A stretch of 64,000 nucleotides of DNA from Carcharhinus longimanus. Its lineage: Eukaryota. The position numbers and the translations under genes are program-made. Positions 12,945-26,440 of the stretch are shown in pieces (within the stretch, counting starts at the first letter, position 1; the number at the start of each line of letters is the position of its first letter). The stretch covers positions 53,820,289 to 53,884,288 of the forward strand of contig JASCQW010000098.1 in assembly GCA_030264375.1 (NCBI GenBank), given 5' to 3'. The notes beneath the pieces were generated by a model. The model saw only the letters and a list, made by a program, of their open reading frames with translations. It did no database searches and was not told where the DNA came from.

Positions 12945-14112
12945 ACTTGTAGTTATAAAGTACGTTTCACAACCTCAAGGCATCCCAGTCTCCTTCACAG
13001 CCAATTAAATCCTGTTTGAAATCGTCACAGTTGTAATATAGGAAAAATATGTGCACACCAAACACCTACAAACAGCAGTATGATAATGACCAGATAATCT
13101 GTTTTGGTGATGTTGATTGAGGGACAGCTTTAGCCTGGAAACCAGGGAAAACTCAACTCCACTGCACTACTTCAAGACATCCACAGTGACAGGGCAGGGA
13201 CACAATTAAATGTCTGGCCATTCGTCCATCCATCCACCCATCCCTACACCCACACCTCCAGTTCAGTACTCCCTCAGAACTGCACTGGAGTGTCAGACTA
13301 GACTTCTGTGCTCGGTCCCCTGAGAGTGACAAAGACTCACATCTCTGACCCGGAGGTGTGATGATCATATTGTGCCTTTAAGAAATGTATTAATTATCAT
13401 GTTTCTTGTCGGAGGTATATTTAAAATTCAGCTTCGTTTAACATGGTGCCAATTTGTCTAGGCACTAGACAGCTGAGAATGCCGGTTAATTTTAGCTAGG
13501 GATGTGTTTGTTTTAATCTGAATTAATGCATTTTTGTTTATTTGGTTTTTCACTTAGGGCTTCGGAGTAGGGTTTGATTGAAAAAGTCATGTGCTTAAAG
13601 GGAGGAGCTTGCTTGCTGGGAAAAGTAGGCAGTTACTGCCAGGTTCTGAAAGGAGCAAGGGGTGTCTCTGATTCTCTCTGGAGGCTGCTGTTTGGGACCT
13701 GCTAGGAGAATTCTCTCTTCGGAGGTATACTGGAGGCTCGAGGACTGGCAGCTCAAATGCAAGCACGTAACCTTGTGTGATGCTAAGTGATTTTGAAGAG
13801 GGGTTTAAGTCTATCAGAGGAATATTGTTTCAGTTGGAACTAAGAGAGATAGGTAAGCAGTTAAGAATTGTATCTGGATGTGTTTAAGTATTTCAATGGT
13901 AAAATTTAAGCTAATTAATTTACTATATTAAACAAACTTTATTTTGATAAAAGCTTCCTGTTGTGTCAATAGAATCACACCTGGAGTGAAACACCTTATC
14001 CTCACATTAATGCTAAAATAGCAAAACTGTTGGGCTTCATTACATACCTGGGGGTTTCTCATCCGTATCTTAACAGAGGAGAGAGTGCTACACGCAGAGC
14101 CACAGCTGACAC
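12945..14112 (-). mobile_element. DeuSINE/SacSINE-like element split by a solo LTR
   Basis: CCCTCAGAACTGCACTGGAGTGTCAGACTAGA...CTGACCCGGAGG continues as AGAGAGTGCTAC...GAGCCAC after the LTR, matching the reverse tRNA head and Deu domain. Confidence 0.65.
13357..14075. mobile_element. Solo LTR
   Basis: Ends are TGTGATG...TAACA with a perfect 4-bp TSD GAGG (13353-13356 and 14076-14079). Removing it restores the host SINE. Confidence 0.85.
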
Positions 14113-14789
14113 AATGGGAAAAGAGAATCTCCCAAATGCAGTTATAGAGTGGATTTTGTGCATGTTTTCAGAGTGCCGCAGCACATTATTTGAAATGGAA
14201 AAACTGGGAGCTCCTCCACTGACTTGGCATTTAATCTCAGAAGATGACAGGATAACGAGTTTTATACATGGCTGCAAGGATGTTTGGCCACCACAAAAAC
14301 TAGCTGATGACACCTGGGGTGGGAATAGGTAATTGTCTCATTGCGCTCCCCCAGTGTAGAGAGAGTGGGATTCAGCCCTGGCTGTTGCTTTCGATAATTA
14401 TCTTCTGGTTTATGATTATTATTGAGTTAGTAGAAGAGAAAGGTTTCTAAAGGTGGGTATATATTTTCACAGGAGCTAAAGTCAAGCTTGATTGTGATGT
14501 TTTCCTCTATCTTGTCATTTGTGGTGATATTCCTCTGTCCTGATCTTCTGACTCCGCTGCGCCTCCCTCCCCCACCACTGTAGCTGAAAAGACCTTCACT
14601 GGGCAAGCTCGCGCAGGAAATATTGCTGATTCAGTGACACTGGTGACTGTCGGTGGCCCAGCGAACTAATACCCCTGCATGAATTTGAGCTGAGGAGACC
14701 TTTTGGGTTTAAAGTAGCATTTGGCTTGCTTTCTTGCGGTTTTAGTTTAACACCTTAGTGACTTTGCATCAAAAGTGAAATAGTCGCTG

Positions 14790-15330
14790 CTTAAGAGGGT
14801 GGTGGATGCAGAGGTGATGAATGATTTCAAAGGGATATTGGGTGAGCATTTGAGGGAAAAAAAGACTTGAGGATGATTGGGATAGGACAAGGGAATGAAA
14901 CAGACTGGATTGCTTTACAGAGAAAGAAGGCATGTTGGACACTTGCATTTATCAGTTAGGGCATAGAGTGTAAGAGCAAGGAGGGAATGTTGGAGTAGTA
15001 CAGAATGTTGGTTAAGCCACAGCTAGTGGAGTGTGTGCAATTCTGGTCACTTCACTATATGAAGGATTTAATTGCATGAAAGGGGATACAGAGGAGGTTC
15101 TCCAGGATGTTGCCTGGGATGGAGCATTTGAGCCATAAGGAGAGACTGGCTAGGCTTGGATTATCACGGGTAGATAGATTTCTGATAGACAAGGGAATTA
15201 AGGGTTATGGGGAGAAAGCGGGAAAGTGGAACTGATCCACTTCAGATCAGCCATGATCTTGTTGAATGGCAGGGCAGGCTCGAAGGGCTAGATGGCCTAC
15301 TCCTGCTTCTATTTCTTATGTTCTTATGTT
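14790..15330 (+). mobile_element. CR1 LINE fragments ending in a 3' tail
   Basis: ORF2 C-terminal remnants (…GTGCAATTCTGGTCAC…, …CCAGGATGTTGCCTGGGATGGAG…) and tail TTCTTATGTTCTTATGTT. Confidence 0.8.
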
Positions 15331-15331
15331 C

Positions 15332-15573
15332 AATCCCACCCAGGCCCTAGCATATTTATCCTACTAATCCACCTGACACTCCCCTAACACTAAGCAATTT
15401 CGCATGACCAATCAACCTAACTTGCATATTTTTGGACTGTGGGAGGAAACCGGAGCACCCGGAAGAAACCCATGCAAATATGGGAAGAATATGCAAACTC
15501 CGCACAGACAGTCACCCAAGCTGGGTCCCTGGCGTTGTGAGGCAGCAGTGCTAACCACTGTGCCACCGTGCCA
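15332..15573 (-). mobile_element. HE1/V-SINE-type tRNA-derived SINE
   Basis: Reverse head GGCACGGTGGCACAGTGGTTAGCACTGCTGCCTCAC and V-domain GGGTGCTCCGGTTTCCTCCCACAGTCCAAA. Confidence 0.9.
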
Positions 15574-17909
15574 CCTGTCAAAAATTATAACTTTGCATTG
15601 TTAAACTGCATTGATTTAGAGCCATTTCCATCACTGTTGCCCTGGGAGTCACTTTAAGTTAATTCATGGACAAAATATTTATTCTTCAGCCAATCTGATT
15701 AAAACTGATTCCTTTGTCATTATTGCTTTACTATTTTTAAACCATATGTGCAACCTGGCTGTAGCATTGCAAAACAACTTTGTTGACTGTAAACCACTTT
15801 GAGATGTCCAAAGGTTGCAGAAGTTGCAAGCCTTTTCTTTATTTTTTAGTTCCTGAATTAGCATTCTTAGCAGCCAATGTTCATTTTGGCTTGTAAGTGC
15901 TGCAGCACTGCCAGTTACCCCAGCACCCATCCAGCTCACAGCCTCTGTCTCTCTGTGCCAGTAATATGTCTTAAAATTTAGGGGAGCAAAGCCACCACAT
16001 TTCCATCAGAAGCATAAAGCTGACAGTACTCTGTGGCATTTTATCAATCCTGGTAAATTTAAAACTGCTTTTTTCATTGAGAGAGGGAAAACGTCTCAGA
16101 AAATTTATAATTCAAGATAAATTAAGCTGTGTTGACTCTGCTAAGGAGATGAAGCAAAAGAGGCAGGGAGAATTAACTATGGAAGTAATTATACCTGGGG
16201 GTTGCATATCCTTCCATTAACTCAAAATCTTATTTTCTCACATGGGTAATTGAATCAAATCAGTTTGATGCTTTTTAGATCCATTTAATTGAGCAGTGAT
16301 AAAATTTCTAACCAGAACAAAGTCTATTATTTATCATACTGTTCAAAACACCTTTGGGAAGCTGACCAGTGCTTTGAAAGTACATAAAATATGCAAATGT
16401 GGAGATGTAGCACATAAATGGCTGCCATTACCCAATCTCTCAACGTCATTGACACTGACAGATTTAGTAACCTGTTTTGAAGCTATAGCAAGCAGAATAA
16501 CGCATTGTACTTGTTTTCCGTTGTACAAATTGTCACTTAAATACATTGCTGTAATTTCCAAAATGTATTTTATAGGCTACAATGATACATTTAAAGATAA
16601 TGTGGATTACTGTGTCATGGATGTACACCTGCAATCCCCAATATGCTGTTAATAAACTTAGATTGCTATTGAGAAGGCAGTTGTTAAGTCTATAACATGG
16701 CAGCAGAAAATGTGAGATTCATTTGAATACAGTTACATTTGTGGAGACAGGCAGTCAGTTTTTTTTCCAATCTTTATCACCCTATTTTTGCAGCTCCGAG
16801 CAAAGGGTCGTTTATTGAATTTGAAGCACTTTGAGATGTTCCTCAGAGATGTAATAAGATGCTATTTAAATGCAGGCCTTGTTTTCAATCTGTCACAATG
16901 ATAATCATATGACTGAGAAAATAAGTACTAGTGGTACAATGTATGCAATTGTATGAGCTGTATTGTATATCGTATGAGCTGAAAAGAGTTATTTAGAGAG
17001 ACTTGTCTTGTTCCTCTTCTACATTTTGTATCTCCCTGCTGCAACCAAATTAGCAACCCTGACAGTCATTGTCCAGAGATATTCTAGTGTGAAAATACAG
17101 AATTAGGCAAACAATCTGAACTAAGGTTACAGTTTCATTCACATGTTTGTAAGGCAGAGCTGCAAAGAGACAATTATAATTCAGCAGATATAATCAATTG
17201 GTGGCCATGACACATTAAGGGTTATGAAGCATGCCGCCAATACATTGCTGTTTTTGTGTCACTAGATTTCAACCCTTTTATTCATCAGACAGCAAGGTTT
17301 TGATCTCAGTCTCACTTGTTGGGAAAGGTGCAAATTGAAGTCTGAGGGAAGAAGACCATCAAGCAGTTTACCTTAACCATTTTTGCACCCATTTGGTCTA
17401 TTGGTTGGAAAATAGTGTATTACTAGAAAATAGTGACAGGATACCTAGAATAGGAAGAAGTAGCTTTAAATAAATGTGATTAGTTAACATGATTGACAAA
17501 ATTACTCATATCTTGCTGTTATATTTGTACAACAGAGCTGGTTTGATAGATCTTACAGCCGCTTATCACTTGCTGCTTTTAGAGAAGGAATGATGGTTTT
17601 AGATCATAAACTTCTGGGGCTCATCTTAGCCAGAACAGTACATATCCTTTAATGGTGATTGTTTCATAGAAGAATCCAGATGAAGGAATCATGTTGCTTA
17701 CCAGGAGGTGTTCCCATTAACAGACTTATATTGTACATAAATACCATTTCATTAAATAGATTAACATATTCTAAGGCATAATTTACTGCTAATCAATGCA
17801 TGCCAGGAAATAACCATTTTTGTATGTGTTAAAAAGCCCACTGTGATGTTGCTTCTTGTATCACTCAGTAATGCCAGCTAAAAAGTTATTTTAAAAGTTT
17901 CAATACAAT

Positions 17910-19912
17910 GGACCCCATTCTTCCATTTTGAAGCTAACTGCTCACACACCAGCGGGAAAGCAAAAGTGTTTCCCATTGACAGCATCTTTTACTTAGGATT
18001 CACCCACCTGAAAGATGCTAATGAGCTCATTTCAAGCAACCAGCCAGCCAACTCTGCAGTTCCAAGATTGGGACAAGATGATTAAAGGGCTCCCTGATCT
18101 CCATGCTTAGACAGGTCCCCCACCCCACCTTCACTGACCAAGGGAGCACCACCAACCCTTCACCAAAGAGGAGCATCCTTCCCACCACCATAAATGATGG
18201 GTAACCCCCTCCTCCCCCACATCACATAGGCATGAGCATGACCTGATCCAATTCCCCAACACCACTCAGGGCCCCCTCAGATCCCTTCCCCACTCAGACC
18301 CTCTAGTCAGCCCCCTTGCCCTCAGATCCTCCCCCTCAGACACCCTACTTCCTGTCATACACCTTGACAGTGTCCACAGTACACTGTCCCCGGCACTCTG
18401 AGCTAACACCCTGGCTTGATGTTTGGGGCTGTGAGGAATGGGTCAGGAAGGTAGGTCTAGTAGCCATTTACCCTACTGCTGCTGCCAGGGTGCAGAGGAA
18501 GGATCCCTCAGATGTCCTGGGGGTTTGGATAGGCTCAGGCTGGAGGCAAGGTGTTGACCTCGCCACTGTCCCCCAGGATGGGGTTGTTGTGATTGGACTG
18601 CCCCTTCTAGCCCTGGCAGACCTGAAGATCACCCCTGATATGGCGATTTCAGGCAGCCCTGTGAGCAATATCTGCATTCTTGTCTGTCAGCTGTGAAAAT
18701 TTTGAAGTGGCCAGGTTACTTTAATTTCCAAAGATTTCTTCAAAATGATTGTGGTTTGTAAAAGAAGAAGTGAAGCCACAGGCTATCAATCAGGCTTTGA
18801 CTTTGTCTAAACCAGAATCAAAGGGGTAATTGAGGTGCATACCACTGCGAAGGGAAATGAAAATGAACACAGGTGGCTGCAGGATGATAGAAATCCATTG
18901 GGCAGTCAATTGAAGTGTTTTTCAAGGCCCTGCACATCGAATTTGTTAGAGATCAAAGGGTTCCATTGTAATGGCAAGGGTTTCAAAGAATTTGACTTGC
19001 TAGGAAACCTCAGAAAATTGAGGCTGAGTGCACAGCTCTGCAAACTGGGACCCCCCCAACCCCAAACCCAATGGAATTGACATCTCTCTCCATCAGAAAC
19101 TTCAAAGGGGTCTGCTCACAGAGAGAAAGGGACATCTTTTCTGCAGAATGGAATGCTGCAATGGTTTAGAATCATGCCAGGTGATTGGGGGGAGGATCAT
19201 GGAGATTAGTCCAGCCACGACATACCCATCCCAGTAGAGAGTATTGAGGTTAACTCCTTGCCCCAGCTTGAGGCAACCCGTGACTCTTATTGGACCCTTC
19301 TTCTACAGCCTGGCAGCAGCAGAGGGACAAATGGCCACTGAAACTACCTCCTCGAGCTCCCTTGGGGCCAAGGCACCAGGCCACAGTGTCAGTGCCAGAG
19401 GGCAATGCACTGTTGACACTGCCAAGACATGTGGCTTAAATGGAGGCTGAATGGGGGCTCTGAGGGGGACGAGGAGCTGGAGGGGTGCCGGGTCATCCTC
19501 ATGCTTGCGTGGAGTAGATGACACATGATTTGAATGGTGCAGGGGAATATGCCTTTTTTTTGAGGCATTGGTGGTAGTCTCCTGAACCCTTGAGATCCAG
19601 CATGTCATGTCCCCACTTGTGGGTAACAGCTGTAAAGCCCAGCCTGTGCCGTTCCCACTGGCATATCGAGTGAATGCAGGGAGGCTGTTGATTGGCTGTC
19701 AAATCTGCTAATGACATTCAAATTAATGGGGTTGCATAATTATTAAGTGGCCGCCCACTCTGGGCAGGAAGCCGATTGGGACCGGAGTGGTGTGTCGGTG
19801 AATCTGGAGAGCCCTCACTCCCGTTGTGAATCCCAATTTTTTTTAGCTGACGCACCATTCACCAGGTATCAGGATTCCTGCCGGCTATCTGAGGAGGTTG
19901 GAGAATCACCCC
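17910..19912. mobile_element. Probable decayed Harbinger-like TIR element (GC-rich interior)
   Basis: Right end GGAGAATCACCCC resembles this TIR class; the left end is only loosely complementary. Interior C-runs and TGCC/GGCA motifs resemble 4865-6186. No convincing transposase ORF. Confidence 0.35.
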
Positions 19913-21012
19913 CTAGTGCAGACCAAAATATAGCTAAGTTTTAGACGTTTTGACCTGGAATTACAGTGCAAAATTAGTGGAAGTGCCCAAAAATTAGAAA
20001 TTCTGCACCTGAACACAGCACTTCCCATTTTCAATTTGGATTGGAGGCAGTTTATATTTTCTGCATGCATGCTTCACTGAGGCAGCTTTGCACTTTAATC
20101 AGCAGCTTTCCCCACTGAAGTTAGAATTTGATAGCCTAAGTATAAAACCTGAAGTGTGTTGAGTAAATCTGAAAGAGCAGGTCTGAACTTGCACATATCT
20201 TTGGATAGCCAAGATATCCCTGTGGAGAGGTAAAGTTATGTCTTTGGATATATCCTTTGAGCTTGGTCAGGTGCTCTTTAGGAGAAGTTGCAATTTGGAT
20301 TTGTTAATTGTAGGCATGAACATGGGTAAAAAGTACNNNNNNNNNNATTGGGAGCATCAATAGACTGCCAAAATCAACAATTAAAAACATCAAAGCAACT
20401 GAGAAGAGAACTTGTCAAAAGTGTGTAGAGGAACTGTCAAAAACTGTGAATGGGAGCTATCAAGTTCTTGCCCTTTAAATCTTTGAAAACATATGGCTCA
20501 AGTTTTAAAAAAAAATTGCTTGCTATTTCATTTTACCTGTTGACATAAGCCTGAGAGTTTTCATTACTGAATTAATGCTGCATGATTGATTTCACAATAA
20601 TCCATTATCACATTAGGGTACCTGCCATTCCACAGTTGAGCCCAGATTTTAACTATACCAGAGAGGCACTCTGTCATGGCAACAGTCGCAGAAATGGATG
20701 AAATATTTAAGCCAGGCATTTTCCTCCCTCACGGGGCAGTATTAAAGTTGGTCTGGAGTTTGTGCATGTACAATTACAGAGGCAGTTGGCTATTTGAATC
20801 ACAGCTGCCTCTGCTGAAGTGGGATCTTGGAAGGTTAGATGTGTGAAAACTGGAGTGGACAGATCAGGTTAGGAAATAGGATCTTGGTGTATTATTTTGG
20901 CTAGCCAGTATACTCCTTCAGATAGGGTCCAGGGACACCTTTCAGAGAGGTAAGTGCCCTTTGGGATTGTTAAAATTGAACATGATTATGCACTTTTAAT
21001 GCATGAGCCCAT

Positions 21013-21177
21013 TAGAACTGTCGAACGGTCAAAGAACTGTCCATCTGTCCAAGAACTGTTAAAAAGCTGCTCAGTTGTCAAGGAACAGTCCAGTTGTCAA
21101 CAAACTGTAAAAGAGCTGTCCAGAAAGTGTCCAAAAGCTGTCCAGGGAGTGTCAAAGTTGTCAAAGAACTGTCTAGG
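21013..21177. repeat. Degenerate minisatellite (AAGAACTGTC-like units)
   Basis: Repeated agaactgtc / aagctgtcc / gttgtcaa units; similar units at ~20405-20450. Confidence 0.55.
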
Positions 21178-22802
21178 GATATTATGTGATTTGGCATGAA
21201 AGGGAAAAGGTGGCATGTAGAGACATGGGTTGGCTTGAGATGGCACTATGTTGCAATACAGGATATAGGAACAATGAGTGGATAAAGGGGTATAGGTTGG
21301 AATTAGGGTTGACATAATTTGGCATTAAGTTGCCATAGGGTAAGGGGTGGGATGGAATCCATGGGTTGGGTGGGCACCATAGCTTGACATGGATGGGGCA
21401 TAGAGAGTATGAGGGTTCATGAGACTTTGGCTGAGAGCTGAAGGGATTTTTAAAAATTAATTACTGTGCCAGGGGCAGAAACAAGTCTTGTGCCCAGCCC
21501 ACCTCTGCACCTGATACCCTGTGCATTCATTCATCCACCTCAGCTTGTTTTTCAGCCCCCACAACTTGATCAAAATTCTAGCCTGCAGGCAGAATGTTTA
21601 AAGATCGGGTTTGCTGAGCTGGAAAATTTCCTGATGCAGTGAACCCGAACCAGGGACGAAATACTGGTTCTTTGATTGACAGCTGCAAGGAGTTTTGGAC
21701 TCTTTGTGGTGGGACTATGAATTCGAATGCCTGTTATTATAAAGCATTACGTAGTTAAAGGATTGTAAATGTAGTAAATGGTTTTTATGAATGGTTGTTT
21801 TATTCAATATAGAGAAGTCTGCACTAGACACTTAGGATTTTAGTTTATCAAAGTTTATTTAATCTCATCTCTGCATGGGATGTCCCCATAGTGGATATTG
21901 GATAAGTTGGCAGGTTGATATAAGTGCAAATAGTGATAGGTGTGTGGTGGGTTATAAACAGTCATGGGCATGGATACAGGGGCATAGGTAAGCACGCATG
22001 ATTTAAGGAGCTCAGGTGTAGTACAAGGGCATAGGTTGCAATGGAGGGAATGATGCATTCTGGGGGTTAGCATTGAGCGTGAGATGGCAGCTGTTGGCAT
22101 GAGGAGTTGTGGGTGAGTGAGGGGGTGAAGGCTGGCGAAATGGTCCAGGTTTTGTTCTTTTATTAAGATTTGGATACAATGCTAGATCCCCAATGCAGGC
22201 CTTCTGCACCCAACAGCTTTCTCACCACTTCCAGGATCACCAGCCCTATCTTCTGATATAGCCTGCCACCACCCCCTACCTCCCCAACCTGGAAATCTGA
22301 GCAGCTATTTTACAAAGTTGGGTTCACAGTGCCAGGAATTCTCTGGATTTTCTGCAGCCAGTCTAGGCTTTTGTTCACACATTTTAAGAGCTAGACAAAA
22401 ATATAGCAGTTGATATTGGTACTAGTATAGCTATAATTTTTAATAATTGATTGTGCACCATTAAATACTAACTTAAGCTTTTTACCCTCTTTTAAAAAGA
22501 TACCACAAGACCAAAACGTGACTATGAAATGGATGGACGGGACTATCACTTCATTACCTGTAGAGATCAGATGGAAAAGGATATCCAGGAGCACAAGTTT
22601 ATTGAAGCAGGACAATATAATGATAATCTATATGGAACCAGTGTCCAGTCTGTAAAATATGTGGCTGAAAGGGTGGGTTGTTTCTTTAATTAGAAAAAAA
22701 TCAAAATTCTAGGGAGGGCAAAAAGAATTTGGCCTTCTCAATGTGAGGGTGTGCATGTTCAGAATGAAAATTAGGGTGGGGGATTTCTCTGGGCCTGCTA
22801 GT

Positions 22803-25800
22803 TTTTTATTCATTCATTCATGGGACACGGGCATCAACATCTTTTGCCCAAACCTAGTTGCTCTTGAGAGGGTGGTGGTGAGTTGCCTTCTTGAATCGCT
22901 ACAGTCCATGTTCTGTGGGTTGACCCCAATGGTAACCCCAAGGATGTTGATAGTGGGGGGTTCAGTGATGGTTACACCATTGAATATTAAGGGGCTGTTG
23001 TTAGAGTGTCTCTTATTGATGATGGTCATTGCCTGGCATTTGTGTGGTGCGAATATTATTTGCCACTTGTCAGCCCAAGCCTGGACATTGTCCAGATCTT
23101 GTTGATTTGAACATGGACTGCTTCAATGTCTGAGGAGTCGCAAATGGTGCTGAACATTGTGCAATCAACAGCCAACAATCCCACTTCTGACCTTATGATT
23201 GGGGGAAGGTCATTGATAAAGCAGCTGAAGATTGTTGGGCCTAGGACCTTGAGGGACTCCTGCAGAGATGTCATGGAGCTGAGATGACTAAATCTCTACA
23301 ACTACGACCATCTCCCTAAATACCAGGTATGACTTCAACCAGTGGAGGGTTTGCCCCCTGATACCCATTGACTGCAGTTTCACGAGGGTTCCTTGATGCC
23401 ACACTCGGTCAAATGTAGCCTTGATGTCAAGGGCTGTCACTCTCACCTCACCTCACCTCTGGAGTTCAGTTCTTTCATCCATGTTTGAACCAAGGCTGTA
23501 ATGAGGTCAGGATTTGAGTGACCTGGGGAAACCCAAACTGGGTGTCACTGAGCAGGTGCTGCTTGATGACCCCTTCCATTACTTTACTGATGATTGAGAG
23601 TGGACTGATTGGGCGGTAATTGGCCAGGTTGGATTTTTCTGCTTTTTGTGTACAGGACATACCTGGGCAATTTTCCACATCTTTGGGTAGATGCCAGTGT
23701 TGTAATTGTACTGGAAGAGCTTGGCTAGGGGAGTGACAAGTCCTGGAGCTCAAGTCTTCAGTACTATTGCCAGAATGTTATCAGGGCCCATTTGCAGTGT
23801 TCACTGCCTCCAACCATTTCTTGACATCACGTGGAGTGAATTGAATTGGCTGGAGACTGGCATCTGAGATGCTGGGGACACTGGAGGAGACCAAGATAGA
23901 TCATCCACTTGGTACTTCTAGCTGAAGATTGCTGTGAATACTTCAGCCTTATATTTTACACTGATGTGCTGGGCTCCTCCATCATTGTGGATGGGGATAC
24001 TTGTGGAGCCTCCTCCTCCAGTGAATTATTTAATTGTCCACCACCACACTCGACTGGATGTGGAAGGATTGCAGAGCTTAGATCTAATTCGTTGGTTGTG
24101 GGATCACTTAGCTCTATCACTCGCTGTTTTTGCCATTTGGTATGCAACCTGTCTGGTAGTTTCACCAGGTTGATACCTCATTTTTAGGTATGCCTAGTGC
24201 TGCTGCTCGCATGCCCCCCTGTACTTTCCATTGAACCAGAGTTGATTCCCTGGATTGATGGTAATGGATGAGTGAGGGAATATGCCAGGCCATGAGGTTG
24301 CAGATTGTGCTGAAGTACAATTCCAGTGCTGTTGATGGCCCACAGTGCCCTAGACTTGAGTTGCTAGATCAGTTCAAAGTCTGTCCCATTTAGCATGGTG
24401 ATAGTCCCACACAACACTATGGAGGTTATTCTCAATGTGAAGGCAGGACTTTGTCTCCATAAGGACTGAGCGATGGTTAGTCTTACTGATACTGTCATGG
24501 ACAGATGCATCTGCAGCTGGCAGATTGGTGAGGGTGAGGTCGTATGTTATTTCCTCTTGTTAGTTCCTTCACCACCTGCTGCAGACCCAGTCTAGCAGTT
24601 TATTCATAGATTCCTACAGTGCAGAAAGAGGCCATTCAGCCCATCGAGTCTGCACCAACTACAATCCCACCCAGGCCCTATCCCCCTATCTCTATATATT
24701 TACCCACTAATCCTTCTAACCTATGCATCTCAGTATACTAAGGGGCAATTTAGCATGGCCAGTAAACCTAGCCTGCACATCTTTGGACTGTGGGAGGAAA
24801 CCGGAGCACCCGGAGGAAACCCGCACAGACACGAGGAGAATGTGCAAACTCCACACAGGCAGTGACCCAAGCCGGGAATCAAACTCAGGTCCCTGGAGCT
24901 GTGAAGCAGCAGTGCTAACCATTGTATGAACGTGCCACCCAATTATATCCTTGAGGACCTGACCAGCTTGATCAGTAGCGCTGCTGCCGAGCTACCCTAG
25001 GGACAGTGAAATCCCCCATCCAGAGTAAATTTTGTGCCCTTGCCACCCTCAGTGCTTCCCCCAAGTGTTGTTCAACATGGAAGAGTACTAATTCATCAGC
25101 CAAAGGAGGATGGTACAGGGTAACTAGTAAGGGGTTAACTTGCCCATGTTTAATGTGAAGCCATGAGACTTCATGGAGTCCAAAGTCAATGTTAAGGACT
25201 TCCAGGGCAACTCCCTCCCGACTGTATACCACTATGCCGCCACCTCTGCTGGGTCTGTCCTACCGGTGGGACAGGACATATCCAGGGATGGTAATGGTGG
25301 TGTCTGGGGTGTTATCTGTAAGGTATGATTCCGTGAGGATGACTATGTTAGGTTGTTGCTTGACTAGTTTGTGAAACAGCTCCCCCAACTTTGGCACTAG
25401 CCCCCAGATATTAGTAAGGGGGACTTTGCAAGGTCAACAGGGCTGCTTGTTTTGCCATTGTCTTTTCCAGTGCCTAGGTCGATGCCAAGTGATCCATTCG
25501 GTTTCATTTCTTTGTTGAGACTTTGTACGATTATTACAACTGATTGGCTGTTTCATTTCTGAGGGCAGTTAAGAGTCAACAACATTGCTGTGGCTCTGGA
25601 GTCACATATAGGCCAGACCAGGTAAGGATGGCAGATTTCCTTCCCTAAAGGACATAGTGAACTAGAGATGGGTTTTTCTGACAATCAACAATGGTTCCAT
25701 GGTCATCAGTAGATTCTTAATTCCAGATATTTTATATCTAATTCAAATTCCTCTATCTGCCGTAGGAGGATTCGAACCCAGGTCTCCAGACCGTTATCTG

Positions 25801-25850
25801 GCTTTTTGAATTAATGGTTGAGCAATAATAACACTAGGCCATCACCTCCC
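22803..25850 (-). mobile_element. Decayed APE-RT LINE (CR1/L2/Jockey group) with tRNA-like 5' head and no ORF1
   Basis: Head GGGAGGTGATGGCCTAGTG...GGGTTCGAATCC at 25850-25775. APE start TNIWGLVPKLGEL...IVILTESYL at ~25420. Further motifs: LYHPP...WMGDF, NYRPISPLSIISKVME, VLGPTIFSCFINDLP. Tail ATGAATGAATGAATAAAAAA at 22803. Confidence 0.8.
24604..24940 (-). mobile_element. HE1/V-SINE, full length, nested in the LINE
   Basis: tRNA head, V-domain and CR1-type tail (CTGCACTGTAGGAATCTATGA). LINE sequence resumes on both sides. Confidence 0.9.
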
Positions 25851-26337
25851 ATCCTTGCTGCCAGCAAGAATTGTGATGGCCCGAGGAATCGGTCATCAGA
25901 CAAAAAACAGGCTTGACACCAAGTGCCAANNNNNNNNNNNNNNNNNNNNNNNNNNNNNNNNNNNNNNNNNNNNNNNNNNNNNNNNNNNNNNNNNNNNNNN
26001 NNNNNNNNNNNNNNNNNNNNNNNNNNNNNCAAAGCTGTTGCAATGTTCCTGGCCCAACCCATTCATAATGGGCAATAACCTGACAATTATGCATATCAGT
26101 TAGCGGGTTTGACAGTCCATTCACCAGTTCCCCCCTCCATTCATGTGCATCTCGAGTGAGAAATGCACTGGGTGGGCTTTAGTTCTGGTAATGATAGTGT
26201 GTGCCTGGCATGTTGGACCCCTAAGATCCAAGGGAACATACCAACCCCTCAGCAAAGATAGGCATCTTTCCCTCCACCATTCAAAGAACAGGGCATGCCC
26301 CTCCTCCCTCCACATTANNNNNNNNNNAACCCTCACA

Positions 26338-26440
26338 GCCCCCTTCCCCTCAGAACCCTCCCAGCCCCCTTCCCCTCAGAGCCCCACTCAACCCGCTTAC
26401 CCCTTCAGAGCCCCCACTTAGCCCACTTCCTCCTCAGAGA
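26338..26440. repeat. Short C-rich tandem repeat (~26-28 bp units)
   Basis: CCCCTTCCCCTCAGA(A/G)CCC-like unit repeated about four times. Confidence 0.5.

Noticed and set aside
2865-14075. A single large provirus bounded by the two related LTRs
   Set aside because: Each LTR has its own TSD, and the interval holds unrelated nested elements.
21013-21177. CRISPR-like array
   Set aside because: Units are short and degenerate with no unique spacers, in a vertebrate context.
25770-25850. Genuine tRNA gene (also the other A/B-box hits)
   Set aside because: I could not build a complete cloverleaf, and each hit continues into a SINE or LINE body.
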